A DNA stretch of 61,022 nucleotides, the filler included. It is 5 parts of 5 records of this genome, joined end to end, with 100 filler letters (N's around TTAATTAATTAA, not from the genome) between each part and the next. Parts side by side here need not be neighbours in the genome. Positions count along the whole stretch, not along the records: positions 37,402 to 43,203 come from DRR723986_6214; positions 43,304 to 61,022 come from DRR723986_6217; 3 more parts are not named here. One strand, written 5' to 3'. A model generated the notes under the pieces. That model was given only the letters and a program-made list of their open reading frames with translations. It was not told where the DNA came from and did not search any database. Within the stretch, counting starts at the first letter, position 1, and each line of letters starts with the position of its first letter. The position numbers were made by a program, and so were the translations under genes. This document shows, in pieces, positions 39,001 through 48,561 of the stretch.

Positions 39001-39945
39001 TCAAGCACCTGTTTCGGTATTCAGTTTATTCCACACCGCACGGCCAGCACGGCTGGTGTAGGGCTTGCCGATGCTGCCTGAAATCCACGCGCCAGTTTGC
39101 ACCAGTTTGTGCATGTTCAGGCCAGTGTCGATGCCCATGCCTTGCAACAGGTAAACCACATCCTCGGTGGCCACGTTGCCGGTTGCACCTTTGGCATATG
39201 GGCATCCCCCCAACCCGGCGATCGAGCTGTGAAAAGTGGACACACCCAACTGCAGGGCTGCCAGAATATTGGCCAGAGCCTGACCATAGGTGTCGTGAAA
39301 ATGGCCCGCCACATTGTTCAAACCCACGCTGTAACCCACAGCCTCGAAGACCTGGCTAACCCTCAGCGCGGTACCCACACCAATCGTGTCAGCCACGTCA
39401 AATTCCTGCACACCGATGTCGCGTAGACGCAAAGCCACTTCGGCTGCGCTTTGCACCGGCACCTCACCCTGATAAGGGCAACCCAGCGCGCAGGAAATAG
39501 AACCACGCAAGTGAATGTTGTGGGCTTGGGCCAATGCAGCCACAGGTTTGAAACGCTCGATGCTTTCGGCAATGGTGCAATTGATATTTTTTTGCGTGAA
39601 GGCTTCTGAAGCAGCAGTGAACACGACGGCCTCTTGCACGCCGGCTTCAATCGCAGCTTCCATGCCCTTGAGGTTGGGCACTAGGGCCGAGTACGACACA
39701 GTACGATCCTGTAGATCCGGCAGGGCTTGCAGGCCAGCCAACACATCCGCGCCATCGGCCATTTGCGGTACCCACTTGGGCGACACGAATGCGGCGGCTT
39801 CCAGCCTGTGAATGCCCGCCTCGATCAACTGTTTGCACAGTTCGACCTTGATGGCAGTAGAAATGGGTGTTTTCTCGTTTTGAAGGCCATCGCGTGGGCC
39901 AACCTCAACCAGAGTCACCTGCGAAGGAAGTTTGATCATGCTCAT
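39001..39945 (-). CDS. liuE: Hydroxymethylglutaryl-CoA lyase
   Basis: EVGPRDGLQNE, FVSPKWVPQMAD, GHFHDTYGQALAN, GLGGCPYAKGATGNVATED. Confidence 0.93.
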   Translation of the reverse strand: MSMIKLPSQVTLVEVGPRDGLQNEKTPISTAIKVELCKQLIEAGIHRLEAAAFVSPKWVPQMADGADVLAGLQALPDLQDRTVSYSALVPNLKGMEAAIEAGVQEAVVFTAASEAFTQKNINCTIAESIERFKPVAALAQAHNIHLRGSISCALGCPYQGEVPVQSAAEVALRLRDIGVQEFDVADTIGVGTALRVSQVFEAVGYSVGLNNVAGHFHDTYGQALANILAALQLGVSTFHSSIAGLGGCPYAKGATGNVATEDVVYLLQGMGIDTGLNMHKLVQTGAWISGSIGKPYTSRAGRAVWNKLNTETGA

Positions 39946-41993
39946 TTTGCCGTGTCGTCTTCTGAAAAATGAATCAACTCGGTGCCCTCAGTCACCTGAT
40001 CACCCACCGGGTGCGGAATAGATTGAACCACGCCATCGCAGGGCGAATTCAAGGTGTGCTCCATCTTCATGGCTTCCAGGCCAATCAAAGGTTGACCTTT
40101 TTTCACCCTGTCACCCACTTTCACCAAGACCGCGAATACCTTGCCTGGCATGGGTGCGGCCACGCCGTGTGCGTCATGGCCCTGGTCGGCGCGAATGTGC
40201 GCCGGGTTTTGCCATTGCAAATTGGTTTGCTCTGCACCCACATGCACATTCAGGTTGTCGCCATGCCAAATCAAATCAAACTCACTGCCGGCATGGGCAC
40301 CCGACTGAATGTGCCCCTGAACGCGCGGTAGCTCACCGCGGGATGACACGGCTGAAAGCGTGACGTGCAATGCGGCCCCAGCACTTTGAATGCTGACTTG
40401 CTGCCCGCACACCGCGACATGCGTGTGGGTGGCCAGCGATGTGTCACGGCTCAACCAGCGGTCTTCCCGCAAAGGGGGCGAACTGGAATAAAAACCATCC
40501 AGCATGGCCAACGGATCTTTGCTGTTTCTGTTGTGCTGGTGCTGGTGCAAAGCCCAACGGGCAAGGCCCGCCAAGGCCTGCAGCGTGAGGGTGTCCATGG
40601 GGGTGGATGGATCAGTACCCATGGCCATTCGATCAATCAAACCCGTGTCGTAACCACCCGCTGCAAATTCCGGATGCAGGCAGAGCCCGCGCAACCAGGC
40701 CAGGTTGTTTTTTACGCCGACACAGCGCAGCTGCGCCAATGCGTCAGCCAGTTTTTTTAATGCAGCATCGCGTGTGGGTGCCCAGGTAATCAGTTTGCCT
40801 ACCATGGGATCGTAATAAGGCGATACGGCCAAGCCAGAGCGCATGGAGGAGTCCAGACGAATTCCAGCTGTTCGGCCTGCGTGCGTACCGGTACGAAACT
40901 CGATTGCATCGGGTGCTTCCCACAATTCAACGGTACCAATGGCAGGCAAAAACCCCTGCTCCGGGTTTTCAGCATACAGGCGCGCTTCAAACGCATGGCC
41001 GTCAATGTGAATGGTTTCCTGGGTCGCTGGCAAGGGCAAACCTGCCGCGATTTCAATTTGCCATTTAACCAGATCGAAACCGGTGATCATTTCAGTCACC
41101 GGGTGCTCCACCTGCAAGCGGGTGTTCATTTCCATGAAATAGAATTCGCCACGCGCATCCAGCAAAAACTCCACCGTGCCAGCGCCCACATAATTCACAG
41201 CCTTGGCCACTTGCACCGCTGTGCGCCCAAAGGCTTCACGCTGTTGCTCGGTGAGCCCGAATGCAGGTGCTTCCTCAATCACTTTTTGGTGGCGACGCTG
41301 TGCCGAGCAATCACGTTCAAACAGATGCACTACATTGCCGTGGGTGTCGGCAAACACCTGCACTTCCACATGGCGAGGCTGGATAATCTGTTTTTCGAGC
41401 ATCACGGTGGCATCGCCAAATGCGTTTTTGGCCTCGCGCTGGCAACTTTCAAGTGCGGCTTGCAAGTCGCCTGCGTTACTGACAATTCGAATGCCCTTGC
41501 CACCACCGCCGGCCACCGCCTTGATCATCAGCGGAAAACCGATTCGCTCCGCTTCAGCCTGCAAAGTGGCCAGCGATTGATCTGCACCAAAGTAACCTGG
41601 AATGAGCGGTACACCCGCAGGCTGCACACAGGCCTTGGCCTCGCTTTTGCTGCCCATGATGCGGATGGCTTGCACACCGGGACCAATGAAGGTGATGTGT
41701 GCGTCGGCACAAGCCTGCGCGAAGGCGGCATTCTCGGACAGAAAACCGTAACCGGGGTGAATGGCCTGCGCGCCGGTTTGCCGGGCTGCTGCAATCACTT
41801 TGTCGATATTCAAGTAGCTTTGCGCAGCCTCGGGCTCGCCAAGGCACACCGCTTCATTGCATTCCTGCACATGCAGGGCCTGTGCGTCAGCCGTGGAATA
41901 CACCGCCACGGTTTGAATACCCATGGCTTGCGCGGTGCGGTTAATTCGGCGGGCTATCTCGCCACGGTTGGCAATCAGTATTTTGGTGAACAT
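39942..41993 (-). CDS. liuD: 3-methylcrotonyl-CoA carboxylase alpha subunit (biotin carboxylase/carrier)
   Basis: KILIANRGEIA, HPGYGFLSEN, ERDCSAQRRHQK, EMNTRLQVEHPVTE, EAMKME biotinylation motif; operon context. Confidence 0.9.
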   Translation of the reverse strand: MFTKILIANRGEIARRINRTAQAMGIQTVAVYSTADAQALHVQECNEAVCLGEPEAAQSYLNIDKVIAAARQTGAQAIHPGYGFLSENAAFAQACADAHITFIGPGVQAIRIMGSKSEAKACVQPAGVPLIPGYFGADQSLATLQAEAERIGFPLMIKAVAGGGGKGIRIVSNAGDLQAALESCQREAKNAFGDATVMLEKQIIQPRHVEVQVFADTHGNVVHLFERDCSAQRRHQKVIEEAPAFGLTEQQREAFGRTAVQVAKAVNYVGAGTVEFLLDARGEFYFMEMNTRLQVEHPVTEMITGFDLVKWQIEIAAGLPLPATQETIHIDGHAFEARLYAENPEQGFLPAIGTVELWEAPDAIEFRTGTHAGRTAGIRLDSSMRSGLAVSPYYDPMVGKLITWAPTRDAALKKLADALAQLRCVGVKNNLAWLRGLCLHPEFAAGGYDTGLIDRMAMGTDPSTPMDTLTLQALAGLARWALHQHQHNRNSKDPLAMLDGFYSSSPPLREDRWLSRDTSLATHTHVAVCGQQVSIQSAGAALHVTLSAVSSRGELPRVQGHIQSGAHAGSEFDLIWHGDNLNVHVGAEQTNLQWQNPAHIRADQGHDAHGVAAPMPGKVFAVLVKVGDRVKKGQPLIGLEAMKMEHTLNSPCDGVVQSIPHPVGDQVTEGTELIHFSEDDTAK

Positions 41994-42009
41994 TGTGTGA
42001 ATAACCTTT

Positions 42010-42807
42010 TTAGCCAACCCACTTCGGTTTGCGTTTTTCCATGAAAGCCATCATGCCTTCGGCGGCTTCGGCACTGCCGCGCACTTCAGCTAGTCGTGCA
42101 GCCACATCGGCGTGCGTTTCATCGGCGGTGATGTCCATGCGCGACACATCGCGAACGAGTTTTTTGCACGCCGCCATGGCATCGGGGGCGCAACTGTCCA
42201 GCTCGGCAAGAATCGATTCCAGCTTCGCATCGAGTGTGTCGGGCGTGGTCAGTTCATGCACCATGCCCAACTCGTACGCTTTCTCAGCCGTGAATGTTTC
42301 GCCAGTGATGAAATAGCGGCGCGCAGCCTGCACACCCATGGCTTGAACCACATAGGGGCTGATGGTGGCGGGTATCAAACCACGCTTGACTTCCGGCAAG
42401 CTGAATTTCACATTGTTGCTGGCCACAATAATGTCGCTGGCACTGACCAGGCCAGTGGCACCTGCCAGGCACAAGCCGTGCACACGCGCCACCACGGGCT
42501 TGGGGCATTCGGCAATGCCGCGAAACAGGCTGGTAAGTGTGATGCCGCTGGTTTTGTTGCTGGCCGCCTGCTGCGCCATTTGCATCATGTAGCTTAAGTC
42601 GGCGCCAGAACAAAATGCATCTCCATTTGCAGCCAGCACAATCGCGCGAGTGTCAGGGTCATTGCCCAAACGCTGGAAAGCCTCGACCAGCATGGCAATC
42701 ATTTCGCCGTTCATGGCGTTTTTAATGTGCGGGCGGTTCAGCGTCAGCCACACGGATTTTCCCTTGCGGGTTTCAATCACGGGTTTTTCATTCGACTGTT
42801 CTGTCAT
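42010..42807 (-). CDS. liuC: Enoyl-CoA hydratase (methylglutaconyl-CoA hydratase)
   Basis: LTLNRP, FCSGADL, FSLPEVKRGLIPATISPYV; lies between the carboxylase subunits. Confidence 0.85.
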   Translation of the reverse strand: MTEQSNEKPVIETRKGKSVWLTLNRPHIKNAMNGEMIAMLVEAFQRLGNDPDTRAIVLAANGDAFCSGADLSYMMQMAQQAASNKTSGITLTSLFRGIAECPKPVVARVHGLCLAGATGLVSASDIIVASNNVKFSLPEVKRGLIPATISPYVVQAMGVQAARRYFITGETFTAEKAYELGMVHELTTPDTLDAKLESILAELDSCAPDAMAACKKLVRDVSRMDITADETHADVAARLAEVRGSAEAAEGMMAFMEKRKPKWVG

Positions 42808-42839
42808 TGCGGTGTCTCCGTTTTTATTGTTGTACGCAT

Positions 42840-43203
42840 TTACATTCTGTAGACGCCGAACTTCGTATCCGGAATGTCGGCATTCAAGCTGGCTGAAATG
42901 GCCATGCCCAGAATACGGCGGGTATCCACCGGGTCAATCAAGCCATCGTCCCAGAGCCTTGCTGTGGCGTAATAGGGTTGGCTTTGTTCATCGAACTGCT
43001 TTAGCGTGGGTGCCTTGAATTCGGCTTCTTCTTCCTTGCTCCAGGTGCCGCCTTTGGCCTCAATCTGGTTTCGCTTCACGGTGGCCAACACGCCAGCAGC
43101 CTGTTCGCCACCCATCACACTGATGCGCGCATTGGGCCACATCCACATAAAGCGGGGGCTGTAGGCACGACCACACATGCCGTAGTTGCCGGCACCGAAG
43201 GAG
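42840..43203 (-). CDS. liuB: 3-methylcrotonyl-CoA carboxylase beta subunit, C-terminal part
   Basis: [47 protein letters not shown]. Confidence 0.92.
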
Positions 43204-43303
43204 NNNNNNNNNNNNNNNNNNNNNNNNNNNNNNNNNNNNNNNNNNNNTTAATTAATTAANNNNNNNNNNNNNNNNNNNNNNNNNNNNNNNNNNNNNNNNN
43301 NNN
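43204..43303. other. Artificial contig linker
   Basis: N44-TTAATTAATTAA-N44. Confidence 0.99.
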
Positions 43304-43304
43304 G

Positions 43305-43871
43305 GCCAACACGCAGGCCTTCATGTCGCTCTTCCGGGCGATGAAACCGGTGATCTGCAAGGTGCATGGCTTTGCCGTGGCCGGTGGGTCTGACATCGCG
43401 CTGTGTGCTGATCTGACGGTCATTGGGGACACGGCGCAGATCGGCTATATGCCCACCCGGGTCTGGGGCTGCCCGACCACCGCGATGTGGGTGCACCGGC
43501 TGGGGCCGGAACAGGCCAAGCGGATGATGTTCACAGGCGACAAGGTGACTGGTGTTGAGGCCGCCGAGATGGGGCTGGTGCTGAAATCGGTGCCCGACGA
43601 CCAGCTGGATGCCGAAGTTGAGGCGCTGGCCACCCGGATGGCGTCCGTGCCGATCAACCAACTGGCCATGCAGAAGATGGTGATCAACTCCGCTGTCGAG
43701 GAAAAGATCAACCAGACACAGCGCCTTGCCACCGTGTTCGACGGCATCACACGCCATTCACCCGAAGGCATGAACTTCAAAGCTCGCGTGGAACATGTCG
43801 GCTGGAAACAGGCGGTGCAGGAACGGGATACCGGAACCTTCGACTGGACCAGCAACAAACCCTTCGACTAA
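43305..43871 (+). CDS. Crotonase/enoyl-CoA hydratase family protein, 5' truncated
   Basis: KPVICKVHGFAVAGGSDIALCAD, IGYMPTRVWGCPTT. Confidence 0.88.
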   Translation, partial: ANTQAFMSLFRAMKPVICKVHGFAVAGGSDIALCADLTVIGDTAQIGYMPTRVWGCPTTAMWVHRLGPEQAKRMMFTGDKVTGVEAAEMGLVLKSVPDDQLDAEVEALATRMASVPINQLAMQKMVINSAVEEKINQTQRLATVFDGITRHSPEGMNFKARVEHVGWKQAVQERDTGTFDWTSNKPFD

Positions 43872-44231
43872 AAAGTTGAGTACGGCAACCGGAACCAGTC
43901 GTTCGCCTCAAGGGAACTAACGGCGGAAAAGTCCCACGACTTGATCCTTGGCCGCCGAACCTTCGCTGCGATTTGCCTGGATGGCCGGTTTTTACGTCGC
44001 CTAGCAGCGTTCGAGTTTATGCAACTGCGGATTTTTTTGTGCCGCGAGTGCACGCAGCGAGAAAACAGAACTCACACTCTGGGCTCAAAGCAGCCTAGCG
44101 GCGGTGCAAGGAACTCCTTCATTTCAAGTGGCCGTTGATGTCGGCTTTCGATTTTGCGGCTTGATCGGTTCGCGCCTTCGGAGAAAGTCCGCTTTCCGCC
44201 CAAACAAGCCGTTCTAGAAGGTCGAGAATGG

Positions 44232-45772
44232 GCGTATTTCGTTGAAAAACTCTTCCTTGATCGAAGGACCCTCGGCTGATTCAATTCCCGCAATGGGTGG
44301 GAGGATCAGCCATGATGGGACCGAGGCAAGAAGCACAACCGGCGCTGTTCTACGAGTTCTCGCTTGAAGATCACGTCCCCCGGGATCACCTCCTTCGATC
44401 AATTGACCGGTTCGTGGATCTGTCGGGGATCCGCACCTACCTTGCCGATTTCTACAGCAATACCGGGCGGCCGTCCGTCGATCCCGAGCTCCTCATCAGG
44501 ATGCTATTGGTGGGCTATTGCTTCGGCATCCGGTCGGAGCGGCGGCTTTGCGAAGAGGTGCATCTGAACCTGGCATATCGCTGGTTCTGCCGCCTTGACC
44601 TGAGTGACCGGGTCCCGGATCACTCGACCTTCTCTAAGAACCGGCACGGTCGGTTCCGTGACAGCGAACTGCTGCGGCATTTGTTCGAGACGACCGTCGC
44701 GCGCTGCATCGAGGAGGGCCTGGTCAGCGGGCAAAGGATGGCTGTGGATGCGAGCCTCATCGAGGCCGATGCCAACAAACAGAACTCGACGCCGAAGGAG
44801 GAGTGGGACGCCCGGGCGATCAATCCCGCCGATGCGCCCCGGGCGGTCAGAGAGTATCTCGATACGCTCGATGAGGCCGCGTTCGGGGCCGCCAGCGAGG
44901 TCGAGCCCAAGTTCACCTCCCATTCCGACCCGGCCAGCCAGTGGACCGCGGCCCGCAAGGGCCCAGCATTCTTCAGCTATTCCAACAATTACCTGATCGA
45001 CACGGACCACGGCGTCATAGTGGACGTGGAGGCAACACGGTCGATCCGGCAGGCCGAGGTCGGATCGACAAAGACCATGCTCAAGCGCGTGAAGGCGAGG
45101 TTCGACCTCCATCCCGAACGCCTGATCGCGGACACCGCCTATGGCACTGGACCGATGCTTGGCTGGCTGGTCGAGCGCAAGATAGCGCCGCATATCCCGG
45201 TCTTGGACAAGTCCGGGCGCAACGACGGGACCTGGACCCGCGCAGACTTCGAGTGGGAAGCCGAGAACGATCAATACATCTGCCCGGAAGGTCACGCCCT
45301 GAAGCAGTTCCGCCGCAACTACTCAGACCCGAACCGAGGGCCTTCGGGCAAAGGCACGGCGCGATATCGCGCCTTGAAGGACGTCTGCCAAGCCTGCCCC
45401 TCTAAAGCTAAGTGCTGCCCCAACGCCGACGCACGCAAGATCACCCGCGAAGAGCATGAAGACGCCCGCCAGATCGCGCGCGACATCGCCAAGACCCGCC
45501 AATACGACATCTCGATGAAGCTCCGAAAGAAGGTGGAAATGCTATTTGCCCACCTCAAACGCATTCTTGGCCTGGGCAGGCTTCGATTGCGAGGACCATG
45601 CGGTGCAAACGACGAATTTCTGCTCGCTGCCACCGCCCAAAACCTCCGCAAACTGGCAAAGATCTTTCCTGCACCGCAGCAAACGCGAAAAGCCTGACCA
45701 GAAAGGCACTCGCGTCCTGTGCAGAGCGCTACTTTCTGCACCGGCAACACGTTGTTTTTCCACGGAATCGGC
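44232..45772 (+). mobile_element. IS1182-family insertion sequence (ends approximate)
   Basis: Imperfect terminal IRs: GCGTATTTCGTTGAAAAACTC versus the reverse complement of the right end GCCGATTCCGTGGAAAAACAA (15/21), flanking one transposase. Confidence 0.75.
44312..45697 (+). CDS. IS1182-family DDE transposase
   Basis: DUF772-like GRPSVDPELL..SERRL..NLAYRWFC..PDHSTFSKNR; VDAS, ADTAYG, YICPEG, CQACP..CC, RKKVEMLFAHLK. Confidence 0.93.
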   Translation: MMGPRQEAQPALFYEFSLEDHVPRDHLLRSIDRFVDLSGIRTYLADFYSNTGRPSVDPELLIRMLLVGYCFGIRSERRLCEEVHLNLAYRWFCRLDLSDRVPDHSTFSKNRHGRFRDSELLRHLFETTVARCIEEGLVSGQRMAVDASLIEADANKQNSTPKEEWDARAINPADAPRAVREYLDTLDEAAFGAASEVEPKFTSHSDPASQWTAARKGPAFFSYSNNYLIDTDHGVIVDVEATRSIRQAEVGSTKTMLKRVKARFDLHPERLIADTAYGTGPMLGWLVERKIAPHIPVLDKSGRNDGTWTRADFEWEAENDQYICPEGHALKQFRRNYSDPNRGPSGKGTARYRALKDVCQACPSKAKCCPNADARKITREEHEDARQIARDIAKTRQYDISMKLRKKVEMLFAHLKRILGLGRLRLRGPCGANDEFLLAATAQNLRKLAKIFPAPQQTRKA

Positions 45773-46032
45773 GGGAAGCGGCCTTTCGCTGCAGGCGTGA
45801 GAGATCCGTGAGGAGGCATTAATCCCGACATTCATCTGAAGGTAAACTATGATCGCTCACCGGGTGTTGCAGGGCCCACCAAACCAGAAGTCATTTTCAA
45901 CAATGCTTCATCGATGTCGCGCTGCATTTCATTCGGCGCTTCTCCAAGATCCCACAAAAAAGTCAGAAGGGATCGAGGGTGCCACAGCTCATCCAAGGAA
46001 CCGACTTGAGCTGACCACATCTATATGGATGG

Positions 46033-46953
46033 CTATGGCCAATCAGCATAGGTTCGCGATTGCATCACCTGCGTCGCGTCGTCTTTTCGCTGTGCGGCCT
46101 TACGGAACGCGCCTGGCGGAATACCCGTCTGCGTCTTGAAAAACACACTGAACTGAGGCGTGCTGCGAAATCCTAGGTAGTCTGCGATCTGGTCCAGCGT
46201 TTGATGTGATCGCTGCAACAGCGCCTGCGCTTCCACCGTGAGGCGGTCCAACACAAGGCGTTGCGGTGGCACGCCAAGGGTTCGAGTACAGATGTCATGC
46301 AGGCGGTCGGGCGAAATGCCCAATTCCTGTGCGAAACGCTTCACCGGCCAGCGATCGCGAAGATGCGACTCGACCAGATGACGGAAGGTTTCCAACGTCA
46401 GGTTGTTTCCAGCTTGGTCCAAACCCTTTGCCATCTCACTTACTCCAGCGCGCCAGAGCGAGACCATCATGATGCGGATCTGCGCTTCAATGATCGTCTC
46501 CATGCCGGCTTCATCTTTGTCCAACTCGCTCAGGATTGCGGCGAAGCACGCGCCAAGGCTTGCCTCGATTTCCGGTTTTGATGCCAGCTCAAGAGTGAAT
46601 TCCCGCGCCGCCATCAACCGCAGTGCCGCCGCCTCGGGTTTGTGGCCGATGGCATTGGTCAAAGTTCCCTCGCCAACGATCAACAAGATTCCATTACTGC
46701 CTGCGCGCGCACGAATGCGTGTCTGCACTTCTTCGGGGAGCCACAGGATCGCGGGGGCCGAAACGGTCTCTTCCCCATCCGGGCTCAGTCGGCTGAGGCT
46801 GCCGGTCGCCACAAGAATGCACCGGCACGTGCGCCCAGGAAAATCGACGAGACCACCCAGAATCCGATCATACAAGCCGCTTCCAAACACCTCAGCATAG
46901 ACGTTTGTGAGGGGAACATTTGGGTTGGTGACGGGCGGATTAGCAGAAATCAT
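46033..46953 (-). CDS. AraC family transcriptional regulator
   Basis: C-terminal double HTH (WPVKRFAQELGISPDRL; IADYLGFRSTPQFSVFFK..GIPPGAFR); divergent from the catabolic operon. Confidence 0.9.
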   Translation of the reverse strand: MISANPPVTNPNVPLTNVYAEVFGSGLYDRILGGLVDFPGRTCRCILVATGSLSRLSPDGEETVSAPAILWLPEEVQTRIRARAGSNGILLIVGEGTLTNAIGHKPEAAALRLMAAREFTLELASKPEIEASLGACFAAILSELDKDEAGMETIIEAQIRIMMVSLWRAGVSEMAKGLDQAGNNLTLETFRHLVESHLRDRWPVKRFAQELGISPDRLHDICTRTLGVPPQRLVLDRLTVEAQALLQRSHQTLDQIADYLGFRSTPQFSVFFKTQTGIPPGAFRKAAQRKDDATQVMQSRTYADWP

Positions 46954-47123
46954 TACCAAAGAATGACACTACTTACCCAGATTTCAATATTTTTTCGGAT
47001 ATTGCGCTCGTCTAGTGTGTTTGGACGCTGGGAGTATGGCTGGCTTCGATGTCATCGGGAGACTGGCATCGCTGCATCGGCCGCGTCGTTCATGGGACGG
47101 CGCAAATGGGGGGAGAGCACTTG

Positions 47124-48503
47124 ATGGCATCAGTGGCCACTGTCGGCTTGGCAATGCAGGATGGCACATCGATGAGTGTCCCCACTGCCTTGTCTGCCGA
47201 AGCGGCGACCAATGCAGCCGCACTCGCCTTCGCGGATTGGTCGCGGCGCCCGGTATCCGAACGCGCGGCCCTGATTGAGCGGATGGCGGATTTGTTGGAA
47301 GACCGCCGCGACGAAATCTTCCAGCTGGCTGTGAAAGAGGTGGGCGCAGACCGGGCTTGGGTGGATTTCAACATCGATCTCGCGAAGGGCATCCTGCACC
47401 ACGTCGCACGGCTTGGGCCGGCGCTGGAGGATCGCTTCGTCGATTACGATGCCAACGGTGCACGCTCCATCATCCGCCGCCAACCGGTGGGCGTCGTCCT
47501 TGGTATGGTGCCCTGGAATGCGCCGATCACGCTGGGCGTGCGCGCCGTGGCAGGGGCGCTGATGTGTGGCAACTCCGTAGTGATGAAAGGGTCCGAACTG
47601 TGCCCCGGGACCCATCAATTATTGGTCGAGATCCTGAACAGCGCGGGTCTGCCGCCGGGAGTTCTTGGTTGCGTTGTCAGCGCGCCGGAGGACGCCCACG
47701 ACACTATGGTCGCGTTGATTGCACATCCCTGTATCCGGCGCGTGAACTTCACTGGTTCGACCAGAGTCGGACGGGCCGTGGCAATGGAGGCGGCGCGCCA
47801 TTTGAAGCCTGTGCTGCTGGAACTGTCCGGCAAAGCCCCTCTTATCATTTTGGAAGATGCCGATCTGGACGCCGCCGTGGAGGCGGCCTGTTTCGGCGCC
47901 TATTTCAATCAGGGCCAAATCTGCATGTCGACGGAATGGATCATCGTGGTTCAATCGGTTGCCGACGATTTCGTGACACGGCTTGCCTCGCGTGTGGCGC
48001 AACTTGCCGATGCGGATCAACACGGTCCCATGATCTCGGCTGACGCGGTGTCGCGGGTGCGCGAACTGATAGAAGACGCGGTGTCCAAGGGCGCGCGCGT
48101 TCGGGCCGGCGGCGGCGCACGGGGTGCGCGGATGGAACCGACGCTTCTGGACGGCATCGCCGCCAACATGCGCGTCTTCCGGGAGGAAACCTTCGGCCCG
48201 CTCGCCAGTGTCATGCGCGTTCACGACGCCGAGGAAGCCATCTCAATCGCCAACGCGTCCGACTTTGGGCTTAACGCCGCTGTCTTCAGCCGGGACATTG
48301 GCCGCGCCCAAGCTATAGCCGATACACTTGAATACGGCGTGGTGCAGATCAACGGGCCCACCGTCCATGACGACCCAGCGATGCCGTTTGGCGGCATGAA
48401 ACTCAGCGGCTATGGCCGATTTGGCGGCGACAGCGCCGTGCAGGAATTCACCGAACCCCGCTGGATCGCGATCCACGAGGCGGGCACGACCCCGCGATTA
48501 TGA
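47124..48503 (+). CDS. Aromatic aldehyde dehydrogenase (vanillin/salicylaldehyde dehydrogenase-like)
   Basis: VPWNAP, KGSELCP, NFTGSTRVG, LELSGKAP, NQGQICMST, EETFGP, PFGGMKLSGYGRFGG. Confidence 0.85.
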   Translation: MASVATVGLAMQDGTSMSVPTALSAEAATNAAALAFADWSRRPVSERAALIERMADLLEDRRDEIFQLAVKEVGADRAWVDFNIDLAKGILHHVARLGPALEDRFVDYDANGARSIIRRQPVGVVLGMVPWNAPITLGVRAVAGALMCGNSVVMKGSELCPGTHQLLVEILNSAGLPPGVLGCVVSAPEDAHDTMVALIAHPCIRRVNFTGSTRVGRAVAMEAARHLKPVLLELSGKAPLIILEDADLDAAVEAACFGAYFNQGQICMSTEWIIVVQSVADDFVTRLASRVAQLADADQHGPMISADAVSRVRELIEDAVSKGARVRAGGGARGARMEPTLLDGIAANMRVFREETFGPLASVMRVHDAEEAISIANASDFGLNAAVFSRDIGRAQAIADTLEYGVVQINGPTVHDDPAMPFGGMKLSGYGRFGGDSAVQEFTEPRWIAIHEAGTTPRL

Positions 48504-48561
48504 GAGCATGACCGGGCGCTCCGCGCGCCCGTAGACGCAAATTGCAAACGGAGGATATGCA

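Noticed and set aside
37403-43203. Novel system in the liu contig
   Set aside because: Standard liuBCDE order plus an ordinary sensor kinase; nothing unexplained
19044-43259. TTAATTAATTAA occurring four times within N runs
   Set aside because: Artificial six-frame-stop linker, not a biological repeat; ORFs that run into it (ending XXXLIN) are artefacts
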